Below the pieces are notes generated by a model. That model worked only from the letters and a program-made list of their open reading frames with translations, searched no databases and had not been told where the DNA came from. From Octopus bimaculoides (taxonomy: Eukaryota), in NCBI RefSeq assembly GCF_001194135.2, contig NC_068992.1:11139537-11203536 (forward strand): 64,000 nucleotides of DNA, given 5' to 3'. Below are positions 14,335 to 27,116 of this stretch, piece by piece. The position numbers were made by a program, and so were the translations under genes. The stretch's first letter is position 1. Each line of letters begins with the position of its first letter.

Positions 14335-14370
14335 GTCGTTGTTGTCATCTTTATTGTTGCTATCATTCAA
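14068..14370. repeat. Degenerate (ATC)n microsatellite
   Basis: Directly visible; source of the poly-I, poly-D, poly-M and poly-S ORFs. Confidence 0.95.
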
Positions 14371-15482
14371 GTGTCAGAAAATGTATTTGTTCTGGTTATT
14401 TACGTTCTGAATTCAAAACTCACTAAGGTTGACTTTTCCATGTTCTCCAGGCCAATAAAAATAAAGGAGCCAGTCAAATACTGGAATTGATAGCATCACC
14501 TACCCCTCTCCCCTCACTCACAAGACTTGCTAACTTTGCACCAAAATCAGAATAATTTTTTGTCATGGGAAAAAGGAGATAGTTTAGCAAAAATCATGGA
14601 CCATCAACAAAAATGCCATGCAGTATTCATCCTAGTTCTTCAGAATTAAAATCCTACCAATGTCAACTCTAAATATGATCCTAACAGGAACGATAGAATA
14701 AGGTACCAGTCTAGAATTGGGGGCCAATGGTATTCAGAAAGTGCCAATCCTGAGACATATTTGGTATTTGTGCCTATATTAAAACATTGCTATTTTTAGT
14801 AGTAACTCTGAAATGTCACCAAATATCATCTTGCTAGGTATACATATACATCATAGATTTGGTAGAAATGATCTGCTGGTTCCCTTTCGTGTTTTCTTCC
14901 TGAAACTACGATTAGGCTTCATATTTACTGAGGTACTATGAAGACATAGCAACAGAGTGGTGTCTACTGTCGCATCTTACCATTATGGATATCTAAACAC
15001 AAAGTAACTGCCTGAAAGTTATGTAAATTAGATTTGCTTATAATGACGCTTATGGTAGATGTTTGTTTATGAATGTATTCTTTGCATAGTGTCATTTTAT
15101 CATAAAATCGCAATAATATTTGCATTTTGTTATATAAATTCCATTTTGTTTATTCTATAAATATACTTTCGTTTCTTAAAATTTTCCATATCCACAATGG
15201 GTGGCATAATTTTTACATATATTAGCATTGGTTTATTGTTTTAGTTTAGCAACTGTTCAATGTCCCTTTGTCATTGCATTGCTAACCATTTGACAATCAA
15301 ATAAGCGACTGGTGGGGGGGGGGGGGGATAATTAAGTGTTGTTCTCCCGCCCGTTTTGTCAAGGGAGCACACACTAACAGCTGCTGTTGTAAGACTTAAA
15401 CTCACATCACTTTGGTTATACATTCATCTATCTATCTATCTAACTATCTCTCTCTCTATATATATATATACATACATACATG

Positions 15483-15547
<65 letters not shown>

Positions 15548-17839
15548 AGATGTGTATATTTATGTCTTGGTATTTGTATTTCACCACTTGGTAACTTGTA
15601 CTAGTTTGCTTGTATCCTCATAACAAAATGAGACCGACAGAACAAAGTGTTGTTTCAACATCTCCTCAGTCCAGTAACTAAAACAAGCATAAGTATACAA
15701 GAATATATATTATTTTTTTAAGATGTCTAACAAGGAATAAATTCAGTGGTTAATTGTTATTCATGGCTGTATGCATTATACTGTTTATATTTGAACCTGT
15801 TGTTGAGAGAACAGAAAAACTTGTTATATTTCCATTTTATGAGATGATTACTTTAAGGGAACTTATTTTTAAAATACTTGTGATTATTATTAATAATTAC
15901 TTTGATTTAAACATATTTATAAAATACTTTTTTAAAATCCATCCTCAGCATAATTATAACAATTAATAGAGAAAGGACATAAATTTAATAAATTATTATT
16001 GATGTTATAAGAAAAATGCCAACATATTTATTGGAATATTTGTCCAGTAGAGATTTAACAAAAATTACACCACTAAATTAAATGATCTATAACAACTAGT
16101 TGATGTTTTTGATTGAAGGAAATATATTATTTTACCTAAGTAGGTATTATGAATGACTTTAAAAAAGCATGAAACAATCAGTTGTGACAATTATAAATTG
16201 CTGTCAACCATAATAAATATTTCCATATTCTGTAGTTTTTAAATAATAAATCTGTACTTTTACCTGTCAGATTTAAAAGTGATTTCAATTAAACCTGTAT
16301 GTCTTTTAATCTCTGTTTCATTCTGTCTTTCTTTTTATCTTCCTTTCTTACAATTCATTCTGTCTTTTCTCTTCTGTCTGTTTCTCCTGCACACACTCAC
16401 ACACACACCTTGTATTGCCGTATACATACTTCAGTGATGACGAAAGCAATAATGATAACGATGTGAGTGATGTATTAATTATGAAACCAATTTGTGCATT
16501 TTTACACATTAGTTACCAACTTGGTGTAGCTGATGAATATGTGTGCATATATATATATATATATATAAAAATGCACNNNNNNNNNNNNNNNNNNNNNNNN
16601 NNNNNNNNNNNNNNNNNNNNNNNNNNNNNNNNNNNNNNNNNNNNNNNNNNNNNNNNNNNNNNNNNNNNNNNNNNNNNNNNNNNNNNNNNNNNNNNNNNNN
16701 NNNNNNNNNNNNNNNNNNNNNNNNNNNNNNNNNNNNNNNNNNNNNNNNNNNNNNNNNNNNNNNNNNNNNNNNNNNNNNNNNNNNNNNNNNNNNNNNNNNN
16801 NNNNNNNNNNNNNNNNNNNNNNNNNNNNNNNNNNNNNNNNNNNNNNNNNNNNNNNNNNNNNNNNNNNNNNNNNNNNNNNNNNNNNNNNNNNNNNNNNNNN
16901 NNNNNNNNNNNNNNNNNNNNNNNNNNNNNNNNNNNNNNNNNNNNNNNNNNNNNNNNNNNNNNNNNNNNNNNNNNNNNNNNNNNNNNNNNNNNNNNNNNNA
17001 TATATAGAGAGAGAGAGAGAGGACAAATTAAAGAAAAAGGCACTCAACACATTTAATAGAAGTTACATGTATTATTTTTTAAAACAGTTTGATTTGGATT
17101 TATGTAACTTAACATTTTCTAGGCTTCATACAGAAGCCTGTTCAGGCTCAGATTAACGATGGCTCAGATTATCCTTAATCTGAGCCCAAATGAGCTGGGT
17201 TTCTGCATGAAGTCTACAAAACAGTAAGTCGCATGGAGCCAATTCAAACTGCTTATATATGCGTGTGTATGTGTGTGTGTGTGTGTGTGTTTGCATGCAC
17301 TCACATAGCTACATGCAAACTCTAATCCTTATCTTATGGATGATAAACAATGACAGTTTTAGTAAAGAAAAACCATCAGTTTTTGTTGTTTTTGTTTTAC
17401 TAAGGCTGTGATTAATTGTAATCATTTTAATTTTCCATTAACTTCCTCCAGTGTTCATGTTTGCTGTTGTAGATTATAGCTGTAGGAAGGATAGTTTTAA
17501 TTAATTTGACATCTCATCCATCTATGCTTATCAGTCAAATGGATGTAGACTTAGTGTGTTTTTTCATTACTTTTATTTATTTTATGTATATTTGTTATAA
17601 TATTAATCTTCTAAGAAGGAAAAAAAAAGAATTTAAATAAAATAGTTCTTAAAAAAATAAGAGACTGTCATAGTAAATGGAAACTGTGGCAAATGGGAAC
17701 ACGTGCAGATTCCCTAAAATTCAAAATGTACTTTTTCTATGTTCATTAATACTAGTTGGAAACTTATCTTGGAACAGGCAATCAATTATAGCAGTTAAAA
17801 TATGCATGAATGTAGAGAAAGTGTAAGAGAGAGAAAAGG

Positions 17840-17905
<66 letters not shown>

Positions 17906-19065
17906 GTGTGTGTGAATGTACTTGTATGCAGACAGAATATATAGATAACTTGATTGGAAGATAAAAAGTTGATTGACTGATTGAGAGAGGAAGATAGATA
18001 GATAGATAGATAGGGGGAGAGAGACAAACAGGCAGATAGACAGAGACAGAGATAGGAGTAGATTGATGAAAAAAAGGGAGGAAAAGAAAACATTGTGAGA
18101 AACAAACAAACAAATACATTCTATTCTACAAGATATCTAATGTAAAATATTTAATTGTTTAACATTGTAAAATTTCAGAACTTCTTCATCAAAAATAAAT
18201 AAGAATGCCTGGTGCAAAGAGTGCAGAATTCTTGTTTTTGTTTTTTTTTATCAGTTCTGTATCATGTCCTTAAGCATTTCTCAAGTCCTTCTGAGTTGAA
18301 ATACAGCCAGCATTTTTGTGAAGCATTTAGTCAGATAGAATGAGTTGTGCTTCTTTATTTTCTTCATGGTATCTGTATTTGGTTGGAGAAAAAGTGACAG
18401 CTATATTCTAACTAAAATCCTGCAACAATATGAACTCTACTTCAGGTTCCAGAGGACCAGGATGTGTTGGTGTTAAATCCGGCAATGCATTAAGGAATTT
18501 TCACCCAAGTACTCAGAATGCAAAAAGCTGGAACAAATAGCACAAGGCATTCTATTTGATGCCCTCCAAATCAGGTCAGGAAAATCCTGCAACAGGTACC
18601 ATGAAACCCAGCACGACCTGATTTTGTGGTCAGGTGGTCAGATGGTCAGTTTCCCCACTTGGCTTGCCCAGATGAGGAGGGTGTTGTGGATACATTGCAA
18701 GAGTTGTCAACGGATGAACGAGTTCATTGTGAACCAATGGCCATCCACATGAGTAGTGTCTCATATAAACATCCTGCATGAAAACGCCAATGAATGACAT
18801 ATCAAGCTCTTGAGTTGGAGTCGGTAGCTATGTGTAATGTGGCATAGAGCAAAGAAGTTCAGTGCTCTAAGAACTCTGCCAATCAACTGTTTTGATTCAT
18901 TGACCCTATCATGCTGTATTCCCAAATAGCCAAAGTGTCATCTCTGTCACATTCCCACTAAAATGGTTATGAGCAATTCATGTATAAAAATACAACAAAA
19001 TACTAAATTTAGACAACTGATCACGTTGTAACTTTGTAGCCAAGAGTGTTTACAACCCACTTTTA

Positions 19066-19598
19066 ATGGTGTCCCCCATCAAAGCTGTTGTTTACCTTTT
19101 TTTTTTTTTAATGAAAAAACAAACGGATTTTCCACTGAAACGAGCATGTGATGAACCAAGCACTTCATTTGCTAAACAAGCAAAGCATAGACTTTCTACA
19201 GTCGAGGAAATAATTGAGGATATTTGTTCATGGATGAACAGTTTATCCTTATGCAGACAATGATAGTGATTCAGACAATCAAAATGGTGAAAGTGATGAG
19301 GAAAGCAGTGATTTGGGTGAACAAATACAATTGTTGACTGATAGGTCTATTATTGTTATTCTAAATTTGTTTTGTGATTATATCCATTAGTTTGCCTGCA
19401 ATGGGCAAATACAGAAGTTGAGTGATAGGCCTATTTTCGTTATTCTCAGGAATCTTTCTTTTTTTTTTGTGATTTTGTCCATTATTTTGCCTGCAATTGT
19501 TACTTTTAAACTGTGTATGCAATAACATATTTATTTTGCCCAGGAGCCCAGGTTGAGGGTGAAGTTAGATTCAGGGGGCCTGGGTCTGAGAGAGTTAA
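19066..19598 (+). mobile_element. Possible piggyBac-like remnant
   Basis: Broken ORF with a basic start and an acidic tract (ADNDSDSDNQNGESDEESSD); ends gggtctgagagag-TTAA; left TIR not found. Confidence 0.3.
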
Positions 19599-20660
19599 AA
19601 AGAAAAATTAACCTTCATGAAATTTGAACTCAGAGTACAGAGAAGAGTATCAAATCCTGTAAGACATTTTGTCCTATGCCTTAATGACGCTGCCAATTTG
19701 CAATATATTTGGTTTTATCTGTTGTTCATATGTACCAGTAATATACTGGTACAAATACAGATGCCAACTCTATCCCCACCACTAACACCACCACCACACC
19801 ACTTCCCATGAAAAAATGGTTTCATTCTGAGTAAAAAGAAAATCAATATTGCGTTTTTTCAATTGTTATTCAAACTCAACTGCTACCATTCTCGTATTGA
19901 AATGTTCAGAGACAATAAAATAAACTGACAGAAATCTCCCTCTTGTAGTTTTATCTAAGAACACAATGATTATGATCAAGTAACAAGTTTTCTCTTCAAA
20001 GGCAAGTCTAGCAAATGAATGGAGCATCGTTCTCAACTATAGTTTCTCACCAGAGTGGAAAGAGACTTTGTATTACAAGAGTGCATTTATTTTAACAAGA
20101 AATAATGCAAAAATAAATAAAATTATTGATTTGATGGCTATGACACCGCCCCACACTATGTTGATTGCCGTTTGTATAAAAACGTTTTTTTAAAAATTTT
20201 TATTATTATTTCTTTTTTTTTTTACTGATTAGAAAATGCATAAATTGCCATTAAATTACATTAGTTTATTATCAGAGTTCTTTTGTTTGTTTTTATTTTA
20301 TTTTATTTTGATTTTGTTTTTATTATTGTAGTCAGTCAATGTATAAATCTTGTTTTAAGGAGAGAACGAAAGTAACTTAGTTTGTTGTATGCTATCAGTT
20401 AATGTTTTCACTCTTAAGTATTGAATAGAGGGGAAATCTAACAGAAATTTAAATGATTCTTCAATTCAACTAAAATATTGAAAAACTGTATTCACAAGAC
20501 TAAAAGAAAAATCGTGAAACGAATGCAAAAGGGGGTTGTTTTAATCAAATAATACTATGCTATATCATATGTTTGTTTTAGTCTATTATTGTTGTTGTTG
20601 TTATTATTATTATTATTATTATTATCATTATAAAATTGATAATTGTTATCATTAATATTG

Positions 20661-20712
<52 letters not shown>

Positions 20713-21221
20713 AAAATTGATAATCGTTATTATCATTAATATTGCTGTTGTTGTTGTTATTTCTTATTAAACTTCAACTAAGTTAGATAAAAGCAAACAA
20801 AAATACTGAACTGCATGCAGAATTATATTATCTTTTTTTTTTCTATTATCCAATAAACATCTTTGTGCAATTATTACCCTAATTTGAAAAGGTAACATCA
20901 TTTATATGCATGAAGATATGTGCTGATTAATAGAGGTGCAGTTGCTACTGAACTTCGTAATGTTAACAATTAAATAACTTCATGGCATTAGAGAAATTTT
21001 TTAAAAAGTGTTGGTTAAGAGCTTTGTAAATTAGTTATTAACAAAGTTAGTAGTGATTGTTTGGCTAAACTAATACAATCTTTGCACACAAAGGCATACC
21101 TGAAGAACCAGCGTTTGGGGAAGAAGAATCTGCAATGAATAACATTTGGAATTTTTATATGTTAATATACTAACAGAAAATAAGTTAGAATATCATTTGA
21201 CAGACTTAAAAACTGTCACTG

Positions 21222-21264
<43 letters not shown>

Positions 21265-21629
21265 ACACACACACATGAATATGCATATCAAATGTACTCA
21301 AATCCAGGTGGAATCAGGAAAAATTTAAGTGAAAGACCCTTGGAAAGAAAAAAGGCAATATGATTTTTAACAAGAATCTAGAAAATGAATTTGTTCTATA
21401 AATGAAAACATAGGATTTGCTAAGATTTCTTCCAATATTCAGGTACCTCATTGCTGCCATCATTGGTATTGTAGTAACCATCATTGCCATGACTGCTGCT
21501 ACCACTGCTGCCATCACCATCATAGTCACCATCATTGCTTTTAAATATTTACTTTTCCATGCATAGGTCAAATGGAATTGGTTGAGGCAAATTTTCCATA
21601 GGCTGACGATATGTGCATCTCTGATCATG

Positions 21630-21975
21630 AGCAGAAGTAGTGGCAGAGCATCATAGTCATGTGTTGAGAGGAATTCTTTGGGGATTTGGATAATTCACCT
21701 TTGGAAACATGGGTGTTTCATTCAACATCCTTAAACAACCCTTAGTCAGGGACCGTTTGAGCAAGATGGGCTACTTGATCTGAAGAAAATTCTAACTGGG
21801 CCCCACCTGCGATGTCATGTACTGTTTATCTTGATATGAGATCACTATGTCGCACACATGGTTGTCATGCATGTGCCTGGTGTACCCTTACTAGATGGGT
21901 AGTCATGATGGGTATACTGGGCTTTGTATATTTTACTCCAGTGTCACTTTAATGGCATTCACTGCTCTCTCACTC

Positions 21976-22022
<47 letters not shown>

Positions 22023-22040
22023 TAATATTAATAATAATGT
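21630..22040 (+). mobile_element. Retroelement 3' segment ending in a (TAA)n tail
   Basis: GC-richer body ending ctctctcactc followed by a long (AAT)n; no second full copy in the window. Confidence 0.5.
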
Positions 22041-22042
22041 CA

Positions 22043-22257
22043 ATCTTTTCTACTATAGGCACATGGTCTGACATTTTGGAGGAGGGGCTGGTTGATTACA
22101 TCGACCCCAGTATTCAACTGGTACTTATTTTATCAACCCTGAAAGGATGAAAGGCAAAGTCAACCTTGGCAGAATTTGAACTCAGAATGTAAAGACAGAT
22201 GAAATGCCACTAAGCATTTTGCTTAGTGTGCTAACAATTCTGCTAGCTTGCAGCCTT
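22043..22257 (-). mobile_element. tRNA-derived SINE family D
   Basis: atcgaccccagt...ggtacttattttatcaaccctgaaaggatgaaaggcaaagtcaacc shared with 6375-6594. Confidence 0.85.
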
Positions 22258-22287
22258 AATAACAACAACAACAACAACAACAACAAC

Positions 22288-22324
<37 letters not shown>

Positions 22325-22559
22325 TGATAATAATAATATATATGTGTATATACGTTTTGTTTGCAATGTCCTATACCTAGATATGCACCTATATATACAG
22401 GTAGACGTAGGTATGCACATACCTGGACGTATATATGCATATACTCATTTATTATTTGTTTTACATGATCGAACGCCTGCGTCATCCCTGTTGTAAGTAG
22501 TTTTTTCCACTTTATATTTTCTGACGCGACTCTATCTCTTTCTCTATCACTTTTTACCA

Positions 22560-22693
22560 CTCTCGTTCTTCCTCTGTTACTACTACATATCTCTCTTTAC
22601 CCCTCTCGTTCTTCCTTCTGTTACTACTATACCTCTCTCTTTCCCCTCTCGTTCTTCCTTCTGTCACTACTATATTTCTCTCTTCCTCTCGTT
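22560..22693. repeat. 43-bp pyrimidine-rich minisatellite (three units plus a partial)
   Basis: ctctcgttcttcc starts at 22560, 22603 and 22646; ctctcgtt at 22686. Confidence 0.85.
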
Positions 22694-23580
22694 GCTCACC
22701 TATTCTTCTACTTCCTCCCCTTGTTTCTCCCTCTACCACTCTCTCTCTTCCTTACCCATGCCTGGTCACATGCTTCCGGTCACTAATCCTTTTCTTCTTT
22801 GGCTATCGCCGAGCAAACACGGGAACTTACTTCGTCCCGGCTTTCAGTTCGTGCCTCACAGNNNNNNNNNNNNNNNNNNNNNNNNNNNNNNNNNNNNNNN
22901 NNNNNNNNNNNNNNNNNNNNNNNNNNNNNNNNNNNNNNNNNNNNNNNNNNNNNNNNNNNNNNNNNNNNNNNNNNNNNNNNNNNNNNNNNNNNNNNNNNNN
23001 NNNNNNNNNNNNNNNNNNNNNNNNNNNNNNNNNNNNNNNNNNNNNNNNNNNNNNNNNNNNNNNNNNNNNNNNNNNNNNNNNNNNNNNNNNNNNNNNNNNN
23101 NNNNNNNNNNNNNNNNNNNNNNNNNNNNNNNNNNNNNNNNNNNNNNNNNNNNNNNNNNNNNNNNNNNNNNNNNNNNNNNNNNNNNNNNNNNNNNNNNNNN
23201 NNNNNNNNNNNNNNNNNNNNNNNNNNNNNNNNNNNNNNNNNNNNNNNNNNNNNNNNNNNNNNNNNNNNNNNNNNNNNNNNNNNNNNNNNNNNNNNNNNNN
23301 NNNNNNNNNNNNNNNNNNNNNNNNNNNNNNNNNNNNNNNNNNNNNNNNNNNNNNNNNNNNNNNNNNNNNNNNNNNNNNNNNNNNNNNNNNNNNNNNNNNN
23401 NNNNNNNNNNNNNNNNNNNNNNNNNNNNNNNNNNNNNNNNNNNNNNNNNNNNNNNNNNNNNNNNNNNNNNNNNNNNNNNNNNNNNNNNNNNNNNNNNNNN
23501 NNNNNNNNNNNNNNNNNNNNNNNNNNNNNNNNNNNNNNNNNNNNNNNNNNNNNNNNNNNNNNNNNNNNNNNNNNNNNNNN

Positions 23581-23610
<30 letters not shown>

Positions 23611-23613
<3 letters not shown>

Positions 23614-23770
23614 TCATCATCATCATCATCATCATCGTTTAACGTCTGCTTTCCATGCTAGCATGGGTTGGACGATTTGACTGAGGACTGGTGAAACCAG
23701 ATAGCAACACCAGGCTCCAATCTAATTTGGCAGAGTTTCTACAGCTGGATGCCCTTCCTAACTCCAACCA
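23611..23770 (-). mobile_element. Family C repeat
   Basis: Reverse complement of the family C tail; (TA)n on both flanks. Confidence 0.85.
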
Positions 23771-24729
23771 CATATATATATGTGTTTGTGTGTATGTATG
23801 TATGTATATATATATGTATATATAATATGCTTTTTTGATTTTCTGTTTATACAATCCACTCTCAAGGCTATGAGGCTATGGTTAACCTGGAGCTATGATA
23901 GAAGACACTTGCTCAAAGATCAATGCAATGGAACTGAACCTGAAATTACGGGGTCAGGAAGCAAACTTCTTATCTACAGAGACTAGATATAAGAAATAAA
24001 AAAGCCCTTGCTATTCTCCAAATAAAACTAAAATTAAAATCTATTCCACGAATCTATTTTCTTTTACAGATAGAGGTTTTAACCTTTGAAATTCTTGTAC
24101 AGTATTGAAAATATGTATTCATCTTGAATCAGATTTTTGGGTAAACCGTGATGTGTATATTATAGTAAATTCTCAAATTCAGAGCTGTCAGTAAACCAAG
24201 GACGAATTTAATTTACTAAATTATCAAATCTAGCCAAGTAGATAAGTTATCAGGCTGTTGGTTATCTTTAATTTGGTTTCAGTCCTCAAGCTAACATTGT
24301 GTGACATCATCTAATGAATTATTTAATTTCAGTTGTGCTCCAAGTTGAAGCAATGTTTGCTTCTAATTGTTTACATAAGAATTATATTGAAAGTCTTGTT
24401 TCTTCAAGGCTGCTAAATCTGTGCTTAAGTTATAATGGTTATAGCAATATATTGAGAGAATTATTCTTGATAACAATAGATTTTGCAGCTAATATTCACA
24501 GGCTATAATTTCAGGGAAAGAGTGAGAGAACAAAAAAAGAATGATTCTTTCAAATGATTATGACATTTTTGGTGCAGCCTATTCTTATCAATGTGGCACT
24601 ATTATCCGACCATTAATTTTATAAATTAGAGAAACCCTATAGATTTTGGTTCTTTCCTATGTTTTCCAGTGACAGAACAAAATAAAATTATTAATATTTT
24701 TTTATACTCAATCATTTCACATAATAATA

Positions 24730-24880
24730 ATCATCATCATCGTTTAACGTCCGCTTCCCATGCTAGCATGGGTTGGACGATTTGACTGAGGACTGGTGCA
24801 ACCGGATGGCTACACCAGGCTCCAATCTAATTTGGCAGAGTTTCTACAGCTGGATGCCCTTCCTAACGCCAACCACTCAG
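24730..24880 (-). mobile_element. Family C repeat
   Basis: catcgtttaacgtccgcttcccatgctagcatgggttggacg. Confidence 0.85.
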
Positions 24881-25617
24881 AAATCTATAAATGCAACATA
24901 CATATGACAATTCCTCTCAGGCTGTACTGGAATCATACATTAGGAATCATTTGATTTCGAAATACTGCATTTTTATAAAAGTTGAAAATTTTTCAAAAAT
25001 ATCTTTCTGTATTGTTAATTTGAAAATAGAAATAATTCTCTGATTCCGGGTAGTTAGGCCAGATATATTAACTTGGTACCCAGATTGAATCAACTAGAAA
25101 AAGAATGTATCTAGACAAGTTGTAATGAAAACATAAGTGGACAGATCATAGATGTCTCAGAAATAATCACATCTCGAAGTAGATAATGGCAGTAACCATA
25201 GCAACTAAACTATACTTATGGGCAATAAAAATCAAGAAAGCAGTCAGGAGTATAGATTTCAGTCCAATTCTGTGAATCCCAGGCCCATAAAAACTAGATG
25301 GTAAAAGAGAACTAATCAAAATTGAAAAACAGCTAAAAGACATTTAACAATTCGCTCCACTCAAATCATGGTAGAGAAATATAATTTTAAATGCGTTTAG
25401 CTCAGAACTTTGAACAGAGTTATTGAGAGGGAATGGAAACCGTTTGATTGCACAGAAGAATAAACTTCATGGCACTAACTCTATACAAATAATATTGTCA
25501 GATGGCATAATTTATCCCGTTAACCTATTCTATTGTAGAAATTCATCATCAAAATAGGGAATGTATATATATAAATATATATAAGAATGTATGTATAGAT
25601 ATATATGTATGTGCATG

Positions 25618-25659
<42 letters not shown>

Positions 25660-26414
25660 NNNNNNNNNNNNNNNNNNNNNNNNNNNNNNNNNNNNNNNNN
25701 NNNNNNNNNNNNNNNNNNNNNNNNNNNNNNNNNNNNNNNNNNNNNNNNNNNNNNNNNNNNNNNNNNNNNNNNNNNNNNNNNNNNNNNNNNNNNNNNNNNN
25801 NNNNNNNNNNNNNNNNNNNNNNNNNNNNNNNNNNNNNNNNNNNNNNNNNNNNNNNNNNNNNNNNNNNNNNNNNNNNNNNNNNNNNNNNNNNNNNNNNNNN
25901 NNNNNNNNNNNNNNNNNNNNNNNNNNNNNNNNNNNNNNNNNNNNNNNNNNNNNNNNNNNNNNNNNNNNNNNNNNNNNNNNNNNNNNNNNNNNNNNNNNNN
26001 NNNNNNNNNNNNNNNNNNNNNNNNNNNNNNNNNNNNNNNNNNNNNNNNNNNNNNNNNNNNNNNNNNNNNNNNNNNNNNNNNNNNNNNNNNNNNNNNNNNN
26101 NNNNNNNNNNNNNNNNNNNNNNNNNNNNNNNNNNNNNNNNNNNNNNNNNNNNNNNNNNNNNNNNNNNNNNNNNNNNNNNNNNNNNNNNNNNNNNNNNNNN
26201 NNNNNNNNNNNNNNNNNNNNNNNNNNNNNNNNNNNNNNNNNNNNNNNNNNNNNNNNNNNNNNNNNNNNNNNNNNNNNNNNNNNNNNNNNNNNNNNNNNNN
26301 NNNNNNNNNNNNNNNNNNNNNNNNNNNNNNNNNNNNNNNNNNNNNNNNNNNNNNNNNNNNNNNNNNNNNNNNNNNNNNNNNNNNNNNNNNNNNNNNNNNN
26401 NNNNNNNNNNNNNN

Positions 26415-26572
26415 CTCCGTGTTTTTCTCCTTGTCTCCGTATTCTTTCTGTTGAAGAGCGTAGCTCGAAACGTCAAAGACTTTCCGTATTCCCGAGCGTC
26501 ATACTAATATATACTTTTGTTATTTACACCACCTGTCCTCGTCTGTTGTTATTTTTTGTATATTCTCCCATA
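26415..26572 (+). mobile_element. Repeat family E (probable Penelope-like terminal repeat), copy 1
   Basis: Near-identical to 36662-36855; carries the hammerhead-like motif; ends in (TA)n; 5' end lost in the gap. Confidence 0.6.
26443..26479 (+). ncRNA. Hammerhead-like variant (CUGUUGA core) in repeat family E
   Basis: UCUUU (26443-47), CUGUUGA, A, GAGC-gua-GCUC stem II, GAAAC, GUC, AAAGA (26475-79, pairs with UCUUU). Same architecture as 27311-27356 but with A6 replaced by U. Confidence 0.5.
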
Positions 26573-26609
26573 TATATATATATATATTCATACACACACA
26601 CATGTATAC

Positions 26610-26642
<33 letters not shown>

Positions 26643-26643
<1 letters not shown>

Positions 26644-27040
26644 GGGCACAGGTGTGACTGTGTGGCAAACAGCTTGCTTTCCCTCCTCATGATTCTGGGT
26701 TCAGTCCCACTGTGTGACACCTTGTGCAAGTGGCTTCAAGTGGGTGTACTTGGTAGATAGAAACTGAAAGAAGTCTGTTTCATATATGTGTATGTGTGCA
26801 TGTATGTGTGTGCTTGTATGTATGCATGTTTATATGTATATATGTATGTGTGTCACTATTTCCTTGCCTTAGTATTGCATGATAATATTAAATGAGAGGC
26901 ATCATGATGCAAGCACTGTCTTTTATTTCCAATGTTCTGGGAGAAGATGTTTGATCATGTTGAACATATTCTCTTACTTGCAAGCAGGTGAGGGCATCTG
27001 GTTGTAGAAAATCTGTCTCAGAAAATTCCATGTGATTCAT
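26643..27040 (+). mobile_element. Older SINE with family-B-like head and a different body (related pieces near 12365-12746 and 41560-41790)
   Basis: gtgactgtgtggcaaacagcttgc...gggttcagtcccactgtgtgacaccttg head; body gtagaaaatctgtctca shared with other copies. Confidence 0.6.
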
Positions 27041-27116
27041 GCCATTTTATTTACCATTAGGCAGACAAACTGTTCTATATTTAAGAGATGAGGAATTCTA
27101 TACCTTATTTACACCA

